32,856 nt of DNA from Archangiaceae bacterium (GCA_043750125.1 JAYVCD010000042.1:1-32856), one strand, 5' to 3'. Counted from the first letter of the stretch, positions 17,141-27,704 are shown. The notes: a model not told the origin generated them from the sequence alone. Translations and numbers: made by a program.

Positions 17141-19155
17141 CCGACGGTCACCAGGGTGCCGACGCCCTGATCGGTGAAGAGCTCGGCGATGACGCTGTGC
17201 GGAGTGCGGGCGTCGATGACATGCACCCGCTCGACCCCCGAGCTCGCCGCCCACAGCGCGGCCTTCGCCTTGGCGAGCAGGTTTCCCTCGAAAGCGCCGG
17301 CCTTGAGGTGGGTCTCGAGCAGCGAGGTCGGCATCTGCTGCACCAGCTCGTCTTCCACCATCAGCCCCGTAGCGCCGGTCAGCAACACCAGCTTCGAGGC
17401 GTTGAGCTCTTTGGCCACCATCGCCGCGACCTGGTCCGCGTCGAGCGGCACGCTCTCACCCTGCTCGGTGATTCCCACCGGAGCGATGACCGGCACGTAC
17501 CCCTTCGCCAAAAACATCTCGAGCATTTCGGCGTTCACCTTCAGCAGCTCGCCGACGCAGAACTCACCCTTGGTCGACACGCCCTTCTTCGCCCGCAGCA
17601 GGCCGCCGTCCTGCCCCGAGACGCCAATCGCCGCGCTTCCGTTTCGGTTGAGCAACGTCACCAGCTCGAGGTTGGTGCTTCCGGTCACCAGCACCTCGCG
17701 CAGCTTCGCGTCGCCCGTCGCGCCCGGCGCTTCGCCGTGGACGACGATCGGCACCATTCCCACCGACTTGCAGGTTCACGTCTTCGCAAAACGCCTGGCG
17801 CAGCGAGTCCTTCGACAGCGCGGCCTTCCCCAGCTTCAGCACGCAGCGCTTGCCCGCGAACTTCGAGATGTACGAGAGCGCCTGGGTCAGCAGCGTGACC
17901 TTGAAGCTCGGGCTGTAGTTGGTGAGGCGGTCGTCGCGGGTGACCGAGCCGTCGGTCGCGGGCTTGAGCAGGCTGGTGTAGTCGGCGTTGATCTTCACGT
18001 AGTCGTAGCTCAGGTCGCAGCCCCACGCGGTCGACTCGGCCTCGCCCGCGCGCAGCTCGACCGTCACTTTCACCTCGGGCTCGCGCATTCGCGCCTTGAG
18101 TCGGGCCGCCGAGTCGAGGGTCGGCTTCTGGTCATAGACGCAGATGCCTTGAATGGTGACCTTCGAGCCGTGGGGATCCAGGGCCCAGCCTTGAGAGCCC
18201 GCGCGCGCGCCGACCGTGGCGAGCACCCGACCCCAGTTCGGGTCCGCGCCGAAGATCGCGGCCTTCACCAGTGAGGAACCGGCGATCGCCTTGGCGAAGT
18301 CGGTGGCCATCTTCAGGTCCGGCGCTCCGGTGACCTTCACTTCGAGCAGCTTGGTCGCACCTTCGCCGTCGGCGGCGATCTCGCGCGCGAGCTCCTGGCA
18401 CAGCGAATAGAGCGCGAGGCGGAACTTTTCGTAGTCGCTGCCCGGGTCGGCGATGGGGGTGTTGCCGGCCAGCCCGTTGGCGAGCGCAAACACCGCGTCG
18501 TTGGTCGACATGTCGTTGTCGACGGTCAGGTTGTTGAAGCTCCCGTCCATCGAAGCGGTCAGCGCGCGCTGAAGCATCGGGGCCGAGATGGCGGCGTCGG
18601 TGGTGACCACCGCAATCATCGTCGCCATCTGGGGGGCGATCATTCCCGAGCCTTTGCAGATCGCCGACAGCGTCACCTGTTTGCGGTTGAGAGAAATGGT
18701 GCGCGAGGCGACCTTCATTCGGGTGTCGGTGGTGAGAATCGCTTCCGCCGCCGCTTCCGGAGCCGCGGTCAGCGCCGCGACCAGCCGGGGCAGCGCGCCG
18801 ATGATCTTCTCTTTGGGCAGCCGCACTCCGATGATCCCGGTCGAAGCGGACAACACCGCCGCCGCGCCCCCGGTGAGGCTGAGCGCCGCAGCCAGTGCTT
18901 CGTGAACGGTGTGGACGTCTTCGATTCCCGAAGGGCCGGTGAGCGCATTGGCGTTGCCGCTGTTGATCAACACCGCATGGATCCCGATCGCCGGCACCCG
19001 CGATGCCGCGTCGATCACCGGAGCCGCCTTCGCCGTATTCGCCGTCAACGCCGCCGCCGCGGTGCAGGGCGTCGGGCTGTAGACCAGGGCCAGGTCTTTC
19101 TTGTTGGGCTTGATCCCGGCGTGAAGCCCGGCGAACTGAAAACCTTTGGCGATGC

Positions 19156-19159
<4 letters not shown>
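17137..19159 (-). CDS. argJ: ArgJ (ornithine acetyltransferase/N-acetylglutamate synthase) fused to a degenerate N-acetylglutamate kinase (ArgB-like) domain; frameshift near 17770
   Basis: ArgJ motifs INSGNANA, STGIIG, KGSGMIAPQMATM, DMSTND, DGEGATK, DPNWGR, WGCDLSYDYVKINADYTS continue in frame into QALSYISKFAGKRCVLKLG...EDVNL. The ArgB-like sequence resumes in the +1 frame (KSVGMVPIVVHG...ELFTDQGVGTLV). Confidence 0.9.
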
Positions 19160-20175
<1,016 letters not shown>

Positions 20176-20179
20176 TGTG

Positions 20180-20215
20180 CGCGCATATACATGCACGCTT
20201 TATTCATTGTAAAGA
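20180..20215 (-). promoter_or_regulatory. arg operon promoter with ARG box (ArgR operator)
   Basis: AT-rich island. Minus strand reads TTTACA atgaataaagcg TGCATGTATATGCG cgcaca ATG. 20180-20197 is a near-palindromic 18-mer resembling TGnAT-wwww-ATnCA, with a further ATGAATAAA half-site upstream. Confidence 0.8.
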
Positions 20216-20230
20216 CGCAAGTGGTTCCAC

Positions 20231-21406
20231 CTATTGCCGAGGCCCGAGCAGGAACTTCAGCGCCTCGGGCAGCCGCTGGGCCCAGTAGATTTCGGTATGG
20301 GTCGCGCCTGCCTGCACCACGTACTTCAGCGTCGTCGGCTCGATGTAGCCCAGCGTCCGGTAGGACTGCGCGAGCAGGGCGGTGTTCGGCTGGTCATCGT
20401 TCGAGGTCCCCGAGTCACCGCTGTCGACGTACACCCGCAGCGGGCGCGGGCTCGCCGCTGTCCCGGCCACCAGCCCCAGCAGGACCTTGTTGTCCCACCA
20501 CGTCGAAGGAGACATCGCCCCGACCATTCCGAACGTGGTCGCCTTCACCGTCCCGGCGTACGAGGAGATGAGCCCGCCCAGCGACGAGCCGATGATCGCG
20601 GTGTGTTCCCGATCTGGAAGCGTGCGCAGCTCGGCGTCCGCCTTGGGCTTGAGCTCTTCGACGAGCATGCGCAGGTAGAGCAGCCCTTTGCCTCCTCCGT
20701 AGGCGGGGTCCGCGGTCGGGGTGTACTCGCCGATCCGGTCGGCGGTGGATTCGGGGCCGACGATGATCGCTTCGCGAAATGAACCGCTCTCGGCGGCGGC
20801 GTCGATCGCGTTCTGCGCGAACCAGGGGTTGCCCCCAAACGCGGCCGCGGGGTCGAACAGGTTCTGGCCATCGTGCATGTAGACGACCGGAAATCGCGCG
20901 CGCGCGTTCTCGAGGTAGGTCGGCGGGAGGTAGACCCAGACACCGCGGGTGTTGTTGAGCAGCACCGAGGTGAACACCCACCGCTTCGACCATTGGCCGA
21001 CGGTGGTGAAAAAGTGGGGGTAGACGTCGACGGTCGTGCCCGGCTGCACCGTGTAGTTCGGCCCGTGGCTCCAGGTGGCGTCATCCAAGAGCGGCTTGAA
21101 TTCCAGCGTCCCGGTTCCGACCGGAGTCGCCAGTGTCCACGTGTCGTCGGTGCCCAGCGTCATCGGCTTGCCCGTCGTCCAATTGAACGGCAACGCCGAG
21201 CCGCGCATCGAGACGGTCTTCGCGCCCGCCGGGTAATGCACCCGCACCACCGTGTAGCCGGCATCGAGCGAGCCGCCATCGAAGCCCGCGTCGACGAAGC
21301 TGCCCGCGTCGAAAGGGGCGGGCGCGTCGTAGCCGCCATCGGCGACACCCTGAGGCGCGCTGCAGGCGGCAAGGAGAACCAGAGCGAGGGAAGTCGAGCG
21401 GAGCAT
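20231..21406 (-). CDS. Lipoprotein alpha/beta hydrolase (putative esterase family) with possible CBM20-like N-terminal domain
   Basis: Lipobox LAAC; VYLPP, PVVYMHDGQNLFD, GSSLGG nucleophile elbow, YVDSG, ATHTEIYWAQRLP. Confidence 0.9.
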   Translation of the reverse strand: MLRSTSLALVLLAACSAPQGVADGGYDAPAPFDAGSFVDAGFDGGSLDAGYTVVRVHYPAGAKTVSMRGSALPFNWTTGKPMTLGTDDTWTLATPVGTGTLEFKPLLDDATWSHGPNYTVQPGTTVDVYPHFFTTVGQWSKRWVFTSVLLNNTRGVWVYLPPTYLENARARFPVVYMHDGQNLFDPAAAFGGNPWFAQNAIDAAAESGSFREAIIVGPESTADRIGEYTPTADPAYGGGKGLLYLRMLVEELKPKADAELRTLPDREHTAIIGSSLGGLISSYAGTVKATTFGMVGAMSPSTWWDNKVLLGLVAGTAASPRPLRVYVDSGDSGTSNDDQPNTALLAQSYRTLGYIEPTTLKYVVQAGATHTEIYWAQRLPEALKFLLGPRQ

Positions 21407-21455
21407 CGACCCGGGCCTCTACCCCGGAACGCCCGCCCGAGGCCAAGTCGCCCGA

Positions 21456-21677
21456 CTACTTCGCGACCACCTCGACCGGCTTGAGGTCCCAGGTGAAGCG
21501 GTGCGGCTTTCCGTGCCCGTCGTTGATCACGATCTCGCCTTCTTGAACGAACTTGCCGCGGTACTTCTCGGCGTTGACGTCGAACTGGAAAGCCCGCGCC
21601 GCGTCCTCGGGGGACTTGGCTTTGATCGATCGCGCGGTGAGTCCACAGCCGTGCACTTTGTACGTTTTCTCACTCAT
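21456..21677 (-). CDS. Small hypothetical protein (73 aa)
   Basis: ATG start, natural amino-acid composition, fills the gap between two minus-strand genes. Confidence 0.7.
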   Translation of the reverse strand: MSEKTYKVHGCGLTARSIKAKSPEDAARAFQFDVNAEKYRGKFVQEGEIVINDGHGKPHRFTWDLKPVEVVAK

Positions 21678-21713
21678 GACAGCACCTATAGACCCCCGGC
21701 CTGCCGCTGGGCG

Positions 21714-23498
21714 CTACTTCTTCTCGCGCTTGAGCTGCCGAATCGCTTCGGCCGCTTCGTCCTGGCCGCAGTTGTACTGCCCGTTGGATCTCTCTTCCTT
21801 CGGCAACTCGGAGAGCTCTCGCAGCGCCGCGACCGCGTCGCGATCTCCAAACTCCGAGAGACGAACGGCCGCCTTGGCGCGCACCTCGCAATCCTTGTCG
21901 GCCAGGGCCCGCGAATACAGGTCGACCCGATCCAGCTTCTGGTGAAGGCCCGCGAAGTCGAGGTAGCGCAGCGCGCCCCACTGTTTGCGAGAGCGTTTGC
22001 CAATGGCGAAGCCCTCGAACTGCGTCGTCAGCGTCTGGGTCGGCACGACTTCCATCATCGCCCGCAGCTCGGCATCGGACTCCGAGCTGGCGAAGTCTTC
22101 CGCAAGCGCCTCGAGCAGCAACGGATGCGCGGCGTGCAAAGCCTGGTAGGTGCGCTCGCGCAACAGCGCGCGTTCTTCGATGTGGCGATCGAGCCGATGC
22201 AGCGCAGCGGCCTTGAGCGCGGTGAGCTCGGGAACTTCTGCCGGGGCCTCGAGCTCCCGTTGATCGAGCAGCTCGATCGCCTGCTCGGCGCTGCCGTTCT
22301 CGATCATCATCGCCGCGCGTTGAGCGGGAGTGGCCGGCAACATCGCCCACGCCGCGGACAGCGTGATCACAATCACCGCGGTCCACATCAAGCTTCGCCA
22401 CCACTCGCGATCGACTTTCCCAGCGACGACCAGCGCGCGCCGGGCCTGGGTGAGGCCCGCTTCTCCGAGCAGCGAAGTGCGCTGCTGAACCTCGGCCCAC
22501 TTCGAAGGCTTGTCGGGCCCTCCGGGGGAAGTGCTGGTCACCGCAGCCAGCGCCTTGGCCGAGGTCGCGTTGAAGATTCTGCGGCTGGGAGTGGTGACCG
22601 AAGACTCGAAGGGGCTGACGGGCATCTGCGGCATCAGCCGCTCGAGCAGCGCGTGGCCGTTCTTCGGCCGCGCGTCCGGCTTCTTTTCCAGACAATCCAT
22701 CACCAGCAGCACCAGGGCCGGGTGCAGTTTGAGGCTCGGCATCACCTCGGCCAGCGGCCGGGGGGGCGAGAGCAGGTGCTGCTTCAAGAAGTCCTGAGAG
22801 CCCGGGCCGGGAAAGGGAAATTGGCCCGAGAGCATTCGGTAGGCGAGCACTCCGAACGAGTAGACATCGGTGCGGGTGTCCAGCGTGCCGGCCACCGCCT
22901 GCTCAGGAGCGACGTACGCGGGCGTGCCCACCACCTGTCCCGGCTGGCTGATGAACGGGTTGTCGACCCCGCCCAAGGGTGGCGCGCCTTCGAGGACATC
23001 GGGAATTTCCATCAGCCGGGCGATGCCGAAGTCGAGCAGCCGCGCCTGGTCTCCGCGGGGTGTCGGGGTGAGCACCACGTTCTGCGGCTTGATGTCCCGG
23101 TGGACGATGCCCTTCTCGTGAATCGCACCGAGGCCGTCGGCAATCTGCGCGAGAATCGGAATCGCGCGCTCGGGAGACATCGGGCCGGGCTTCATCACCT
23201 TTTCGAGCGTTTCGCCCTCGGCCAGCTCGAGCACCAGAATCGTGGCCTCGGGCGCCGACTCGAAATCGATGACCCGCACCACCGACGGGTGGTCCACCGT
23301 GCAGAGGATTCGCGCCTCGCGGCGAAACCTCTCGGCCATCTCGGGGCGCTTGCCCAAATCTCGCTTCAGGACTTTGAGCGCGACCTTCCGGCCCAGCGAG
23401 ACCTGCTCGGCCAGGTACACCTCGGCCATGCCGCCGCCCCCCAGGTGGCTGAGCACCCGAAACCTTCCTCCGAGGACATGCAGGTCTTCCGGCTTCAA
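21714..23498 (-). CDS. Transmembrane Ser/Thr protein kinase with C-terminal HEAT/TPR-like helical domain
   Basis: LGGGGMAEVY, VALKVL, HRDIKPQN, DFG, GTPAYVAPE; TM LMWTAVIVITLSAAWAM; DKDCEVRAKAAVRLSEFGDRDAVAAL HEAT-like repeat. Confidence 0.93.
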   Translation of the reverse strand: MKPEDLHVLGGRFRVLSHLGGGGMAEVYLAEQVSLGRKVALKVLKRDLGKRPEMAERFRREARILCTVDHPSVVRVIDFESAPEATILVLELAEGETLEKVMKPGPMSPERAIPILAQIADGLGAIHEKGIVHRDIKPQNVVLTPTPRGDQARLLDFGIARLMEIPDVLEGAPPLGGVDNPFISQPGQVVGTPAYVAPEQAVAGTLDTRTDVYSFGVLAYRMLSGQFPFPGPGSQDFLKQHLLSPPRPLAEVMPSLKLHPALVLLVMDCLEKKPDARPKNGHALLERLMPQMPVSPFESSVTTPSRRIFNATSAKALAAVTSTSPGGPDKPSKWAEVQQRTSLLGEAGLTQARRALVVAGKVDREWWRSLMWTAVIVITLSAAWAMLPATPAQRAAMMIENGSAEQAIELLDQRELEAPAEVPELTALKAAALHRLDRHIEERALLRERTYQALHAAHPLLLEALAEDFASSESDAELRAMMEVVPTQTLTTQFEGFAIGKRSRKQWGALRYLDFAGLHQKLDRVDLYSRALADKDCEVRAKAAVRLSEFGDRDAVAALRELSELPKEERSNGQYNCGQDEAAEAIRQLKREKK

Positions 23499-24745
23499 GG
23501 CGGCGGATACTGCCCTTGTAGACGCGACGTGTCGAAGGCGGCGAAGTCCGACGGGCGCTGAAGTGACAGGGGGACCACTCGCAGAATGCGCGCGCGACGT
23601 TGGACCCCTTCGGCCAGTCGTCGGGTCAGCACCTTTCTCTGACTGGCGCTGACCTTGTCATCGCGCCCTTCGATCGCCCGCAGCCGTTCGCGCATCGCCC
23701 CGAGCTCCTCGTCGATCACCGTGGGCTGCACGTTGCGAGAGCCGCGCTGGAAAACATTTTCGGTCCACAGCGGCAGCGCTGCCAGTTGACTCATCGTCAC
23801 TTTCGCCTCTGGCCCCGTCCGCTCGAGGACCAGCTTGAGCAGCAAGCCGTCGCGCTTGGGGCTTTGCGCATCCGAGCTGTCCTGATTGCTGACCAGATTT
23901 CCGAGCGAGAAGGCCACCACCGCTTCAGAGCCATCGGCCCGCTCGACGGTCTGAATCGGCTGCAGCACGTGGGGGTGGTGGCCGACGATCGCCAGCGCAC
24001 CGGCCTCGACCAGCTTCCAGGCCAGCGTGCGGTCCTCGGGGCGCGGCTCGGGTCGGTATTCCTCGCCCCAGTGGGGAAGGACAATCAACGCATCGCACTG
24101 CGCTGCCGCCGCGCGCACCCGAACCAGCAACTGAGCCTCGTTGCAGCCCCCGCTGGTTACGTCATCGTCGTAGTGAACCAGCGGCACGTGCGGCGCGGCG
24201 GAATCGGCCGAGTTGTGAAACCCGTTGAGGAACCGGGTGAAGGCGAAGAAGCCAATCTTGATTCCGTTTCGCTCGACGACCAACGGGGCCCACGCCTTCT
24301 CTTCATTCACGTCCGCCCCGGCCGAGAGCAGCCCGGCTTTTTCCAGCGCCAGCCGGGTGGCCACGATTCCTTCGCGGTGCTGATCGAGCCCGTGGTTGTT
24401 GGCGAACGTGGCGATGTCCACCCCCGAAGAGACGAGCCCATCGAGCAGCGCCGACGGGGCATCGAACAACATGTTGCCGGTCAACGCCCGGGGGTTGCCG
24501 CTGATCGGCGTCTCGAGATTGACGATCGCCAGGTCGACGCCCGCGAAGGTCTGAGCCAGCGGACCGAATACATGGTCCCACCCCTGGTGGTTCAAGCTCT
24601 GGCCCGGCGCGCTCGGGTCCGGCCGGGTGTGAGTCTGGGCCGTGGCCTTCACCGGAGCGTGAGGAATGACGTCCCCTCCGAAGATCAGCTCGACCCGAGC
24701 GGGCGCGGCCAGCAGCATCGAAAGACACAGGGGCAGGCCGACCAC
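23495..24745 (-). CDS. CapA/PgsA-family metallophosphoesterase-fold protein (exported)
   Basis: GGDV, VNLETP, ANNHGLD, PHWGEEY, GHHPHVLQP, FSLGN; signal-like N-terminus. Confidence 0.92.
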   Translation of the reverse strand: MVGLPLCLSMLLAAPARVELIFGGDVIPHAPVKATAQTHTRPDPSAPGQSLNHQGWDHVFGPLAQTFAGVDLAIVNLETPISGNPRALTGNMLFDAPSALLDGLVSSGVDIATFANNHGLDQHREGIVATRLALEKAGLLSAGADVNEEKAWAPLVVERNGIKIGFFAFTRFLNGFHNSADSAAPHVPLVHYDDDVTSGGCNEAQLLVRVRAAAAQCDALIVLPHWGEEYRPEPRPEDRTLAWKLVEAGALAIVGHHPHVLQPIQTVERADGSEAVVAFSLGNLVSNQDSSDAQSPKRDGLLLKLVLERTGPEAKVTMSQLAALPLWTENVFQRGSRNVQPTVIDEELGAMRERLRAIEGRDDKVSASQRKVLTRRLAEGVQRRARILRVVPLSLQRPSDFAAFDTSRLQGQYPPP

Positions 24746-24754
24746 GAGCGAGCG

Positions 24755-26206
24755 CTATTCCAGCTGAGACTTGATCCGGCGGGCGTCTTCGGTGCGGTGC
24801 AGTCGGGTGAAGCAGCGCATCTGGTTGACGAGCACGGCGCGGCGCCATCGGGGCTCCTCGGTCGCCACCGACGGCTTGTCCCCCAGCCAATTGTCGGCCC
24901 GCTTGAGCGCTTCGTCGCAGTTGCCTTCGTCGGCGAGCTTTCCAATGTCGCGCGAGCGGCCTTCGCGAATCGTGGAACCCACCGCGGCAAAAGGCGCCTG
25001 AATCGCGCGGGTGAACTTCCTCAGCCGCTGCTCGAGCCCGGCCAACGACAACACCGAGGCCGCTTCATCTTCTGCCGGGGCAGGCGCTTCGTAGACCGGC
25101 GGCTCGTCCTCGACCCCGCCTCCCGCGTTGGGCGGCGCGCTGGGATTTTGCAGAGGACCCGGGGGGGCGACCACTCCCGTCCTGGGCAGGTTGGGCGGAG
25201 CGGCCCATTCGTCGTCGGGGTTCTGCACCGTCGGAGCGATGAACGCTTCGATCGCCGGAGTCGGCGGGCTCGCCAGCGCGGGCCTGGCACCCACCGGCGG
25301 GGCGGGCGTCCAGGCCTGCTCGCGCAGCTGACCTTCGCGCCACTCGACGCTGCGGCCGGCCTTGAGCGTCATCCGGCTTCCCGGAGCATTGATTTCCACC
25401 ACGCCTTCTTCCACCGCGACCAACACCCGATTCAGATCGCGCGAGACGAGGAAGCGGGTGCCGATGTCGCGCACTTCGATTTCCCCCGCCTTCACCGTCA
25501 TCGCCCGCGCGGGAAGGTGGCGCGCCACCATCATCACGTCCCCTTTCTTCAACGTGAAGCTCAGCGCCGAGTCTTCCAGCGTGTCGATCTGCAACTCGGT
25601 GCTGCCGGTCAACCCGGCGCGGCTTCCATCGGGAAGCGCAAGCCACAGCGCCCCACCGGGCGCGGTCGAGACCTGGTCCCCTTCCGCCAGCGTCTGCATC
25701 TTGAGCAGCTTCCCGTCCTGACTTCGGGCCTTCTTCGCCCCGGTGACCTTCGCGAGCAGCTTCGGTCGGGCCAGGGGCTCGGGCAGCGCCAGCGGCGGGG
25801 CTTGAGCCACCTGCGGCGCAGCGGTCGGAGGGGCAGGGACTTCCTGTCGGGCGACGGGCATCGGCTGTGGCTGGGTCTGCGCCTGGGTCCAGAGCAACAC
25901 CGCCAGCACCGCCGCAGCGAGCCCGGCCAGGGCCCAGCCGAAGTTGAAGGCGAACGGCCACCGGCCCCGGGCCTGCATCTGCAGCTCGGCGGCCTCTTTG
26001 AGGACGGCTCCGATGCGCCGGGCGGCGATGGGGTCGAGCGGAGGAGGCACCGACGCGCGCAGCTGCAGCAGCGCCTGGGCCTGCTTGACGTTCGCGAGCT
26101 GAACCTGGCAGTCGCCGCAGGTCGACAGGTGGGCCTGGACCTCGCGGGGCAGATTCGCGGCGGTCGCGAGCTCCCAAAGGCTGTCGCGGTTGAGGTGCGC
26201 GCTCAT
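24755..26206 (-). CDS. Anti-sigma factor: ZAS zinc motif, TM helix, FecR domain, C-terminal TPR-like helix pair
   Basis: HLSTCGDC (HxxxCxxC); TM; LPDGSR...VRDIGTRFLV...VAVEEGVVEI (FecR); ATGA overlap with the ECF sigma. Confidence 0.88.
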   Translation of the reverse strand: MSAHLNRDSLWELATAANLPREVQAHLSTCGDCQVQLANVKQAQALLQLRASVPPPLDPIAARRIGAVLKEAAELQMQARGRWPFAFNFGWALAGLAAAVLAVLLWTQAQTQPQPMPVARQEVPAPPTAAPQVAQAPPLALPEPLARPKLLAKVTGAKKARSQDGKLLKMQTLAEGDQVSTAPGGALWLALPDGSRAGLTGSTELQIDTLEDSALSFTLKKGDVMMVARHLPARAMTVKAGEIEVRDIGTRFLVSRDLNRVLVAVEEGVVEINAPGSRMTLKAGRSVEWREGQLREQAWTPAPPVGARPALASPPTPAIEAFIAPTVQNPDDEWAAPPNLPRTGVVAPPGPLQNPSAPPNAGGGVEDEPPVYEAPAPAEDEAASVLSLAGLEQRLRKFTRAIQAPFAAVGSTIREGRSRDIGKLADEGNCDEALKRADNWLGDKPSVATEEPRWRRAVLVNQMRCFTRLHRTEDARRIKSQLE

Positions 26207-26808
26207 GCCGCCCCCCCGCCCAGCCGAGCCACGGCCTCGGTGAAGTCGATGCGAGCGCGGTTGAGCCGCGAGCGCACGGTGTTGACCGGAATGCCTTCCA
26301 GCTCGGAAATCTCTTCGGGCTTGAGGCCCAGAATCTCGTGGTACGTGAACACCGCTGCTTTCTCGGGGGACAACGCGGTCAACGCCTTCTCCATCATCGC
26401 TGCTGCTTGTTTAACCTTGGCCGCGTGCTCCGGGTTGCTCTGCGTTCCCGCTTCGACCGCCGGCAAATCTTCGGTCGGATCTTCCGGCCGGCGGCGCCGG
26501 GTTCGCAGGTGCATCAGCCCGACGTTGACGCACACCCGGTGTAGAAAAGTAGTCACCTTCGAGTCGCCCCGGTAGCTCTTCAGGGCCTTCATCAGCTGCA
26601 GGTAGGACTCCTGCAGCAGGTCTTCGAGCTCGCTCGACGGCCCGACCACCTTGTACAGAACTCCCCAGGCCAGCGACCGAGTCCGCTCGTAGAGCTGCGT
26701 AAAAGCTACGCTTTCTCCATCGCGCGCGGCGAGGGCCAGAGCCCGCAATGGGTCGACAGGAGCGAAGTCGGCATCCATGGTCAAGAGCGTGGCGGCGAGC
26801 GCGGACAT
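26203..26808 (-). CDS. ECF-family RNA polymerase sigma factor
   Basis: EDLLQESYL, YRGDSKVTTFLHRVCVN (region 2); LSPEKAAVF...EEISELEGIPVNTVRSRLNRAR (region 4). Confidence 0.93.
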   Translation of the reverse strand: MSALAATLLTMDADFAPVDPLRALALAARDGESVAFTQLYERTRSLAWGVLYKVVGPSSELEDLLQESYLQLMKALKSYRGDSKVTTFLHRVCVNVGLMHLRTRRRRPEDPTEDLPAVEAGTQSNPEHAAKVKQAAAMMEKALTALSPEKAAVFTYHEILGLKPEEISELEGIPVNTVRSRLNRARIDFTEAVARLGGGAA

Positions 26809-26864
26809 CTTCGAGAGGTTGGTTGCCTCCGAAGGCCCTGGCGATCCGTTGCTGGGCCCGTTTT

Positions 26865-27704
26865 TCAGTCGAGGAAGTAGTCGGGCAACGGATCGGTGCC
26901 CGGGGTCATCAGGTACCTGGCCAGCTCAGAGATGCTGACTCCGTTCTGCAGCAGCACCTCGTCGTCGATGCAGAAGTTCCCGCTGAAGCTCTTGCCGTCT
27001 TTGGTGAGGATGACGTGGGCCGCGTCGGCGACAATCTCTGGCTTGCGCGAGGCGGCGATCACCGTCTGCCCCCCGAGCAGATTCATCACCGCCGAAGTGG
27101 CGATTACGGTGCGGGGCCACAGCGCGTTGACTCCCACGCCCTGGGCTTTGAATTCCTCGGCCATTCCGAGCACGCACATCGACATTCCGTACTTGGCCAT
27201 CGTGTAGGCAGTGTGGCCGGCGAACCAATGGGGCTTCATGTTCAGCGGCGGCGAGATGTTGAGGATGTGGGGGTTCTTCGCCTTGAGCAGGTGGGGCAGC
27301 GTGGCCTGGCTGCACAGAAAAGTGCCGCGCGCGTTGATTCCGTTCATCAAGTCGTACTTCTTCATCGACGTTTCCAGCGTGCCGGTGAGGCTGATCGCCG
27401 ACGCGTTGTTGATGCAGACGTCGATCCCGCCGAACTTCGCGACCCCCTGATTGACCGCATCGACGACCTGTTCCTCGAAGCGGATGTCACACATGATCGG
27501 CAAGGCCCTGCCGCCGGCGGCCTCGATTTCTTTCGCAGCGGTGAAGATGGTGCCGGGCAGCTTGGGGTGCGGCTCGGCAGTCTTGGCAACGATGACGATG
27601 TTCGCGCCGTCGCGAGCGGCCCGCAGCGCAATCGCAAGCCCAATGCCGCGACTGGCGCCAGAGATGAAGAGGGTTTTGCCTTTGAGAGTGTTCATGGGTG
27701 TCAT
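26865..27704 (-). CDS. Short-chain dehydrogenase/reductase (HSDL2/citronellol-dehydrogenase-like)
   Basis: Real start at 27704 (ATGA overlap with rhodanese stop) or 27695; SGASRGIG, KTAEPHPKLPGT, NNAS, YTMAK, NALWPRT. Confidence 0.93.
   Translation of the reverse strand: MTPMNTLKGKTLFISGASRGIGLAIALRAARDGANIVIVAKTAEPHPKLPGTIFTAAKEIEAAGGRALPIMCDIRFEEQVVDAVNQGVAKFGGIDVCINNASAISLTGTLETSMKKYDLMNGINARGTFLCSQATLPHLLKAKNPHILNISPPLNMKPHWFAGHTAYTMAKYGMSMCVLGMAEEFKAQGVGVNALWPRTVIATSAVMNLLGGQTVIAASRKPEIVADAAHVILTKDGKSFSGNFCIDDEVLLQNGVSISELARYLMTPGTDPLPDYFLD

Noticed and set aside
17755-17800. Programmed ribosomal frameshift in argJ-argB
   Set aside because: No slippery heptamer, in-frame stop at the site or obvious stimulator; an indel is simpler.
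23495-24745. Poly-gamma-glutamate capsule locus
   Set aside because: No capB or capC nearby; standalone CapA-family genes are widespread.
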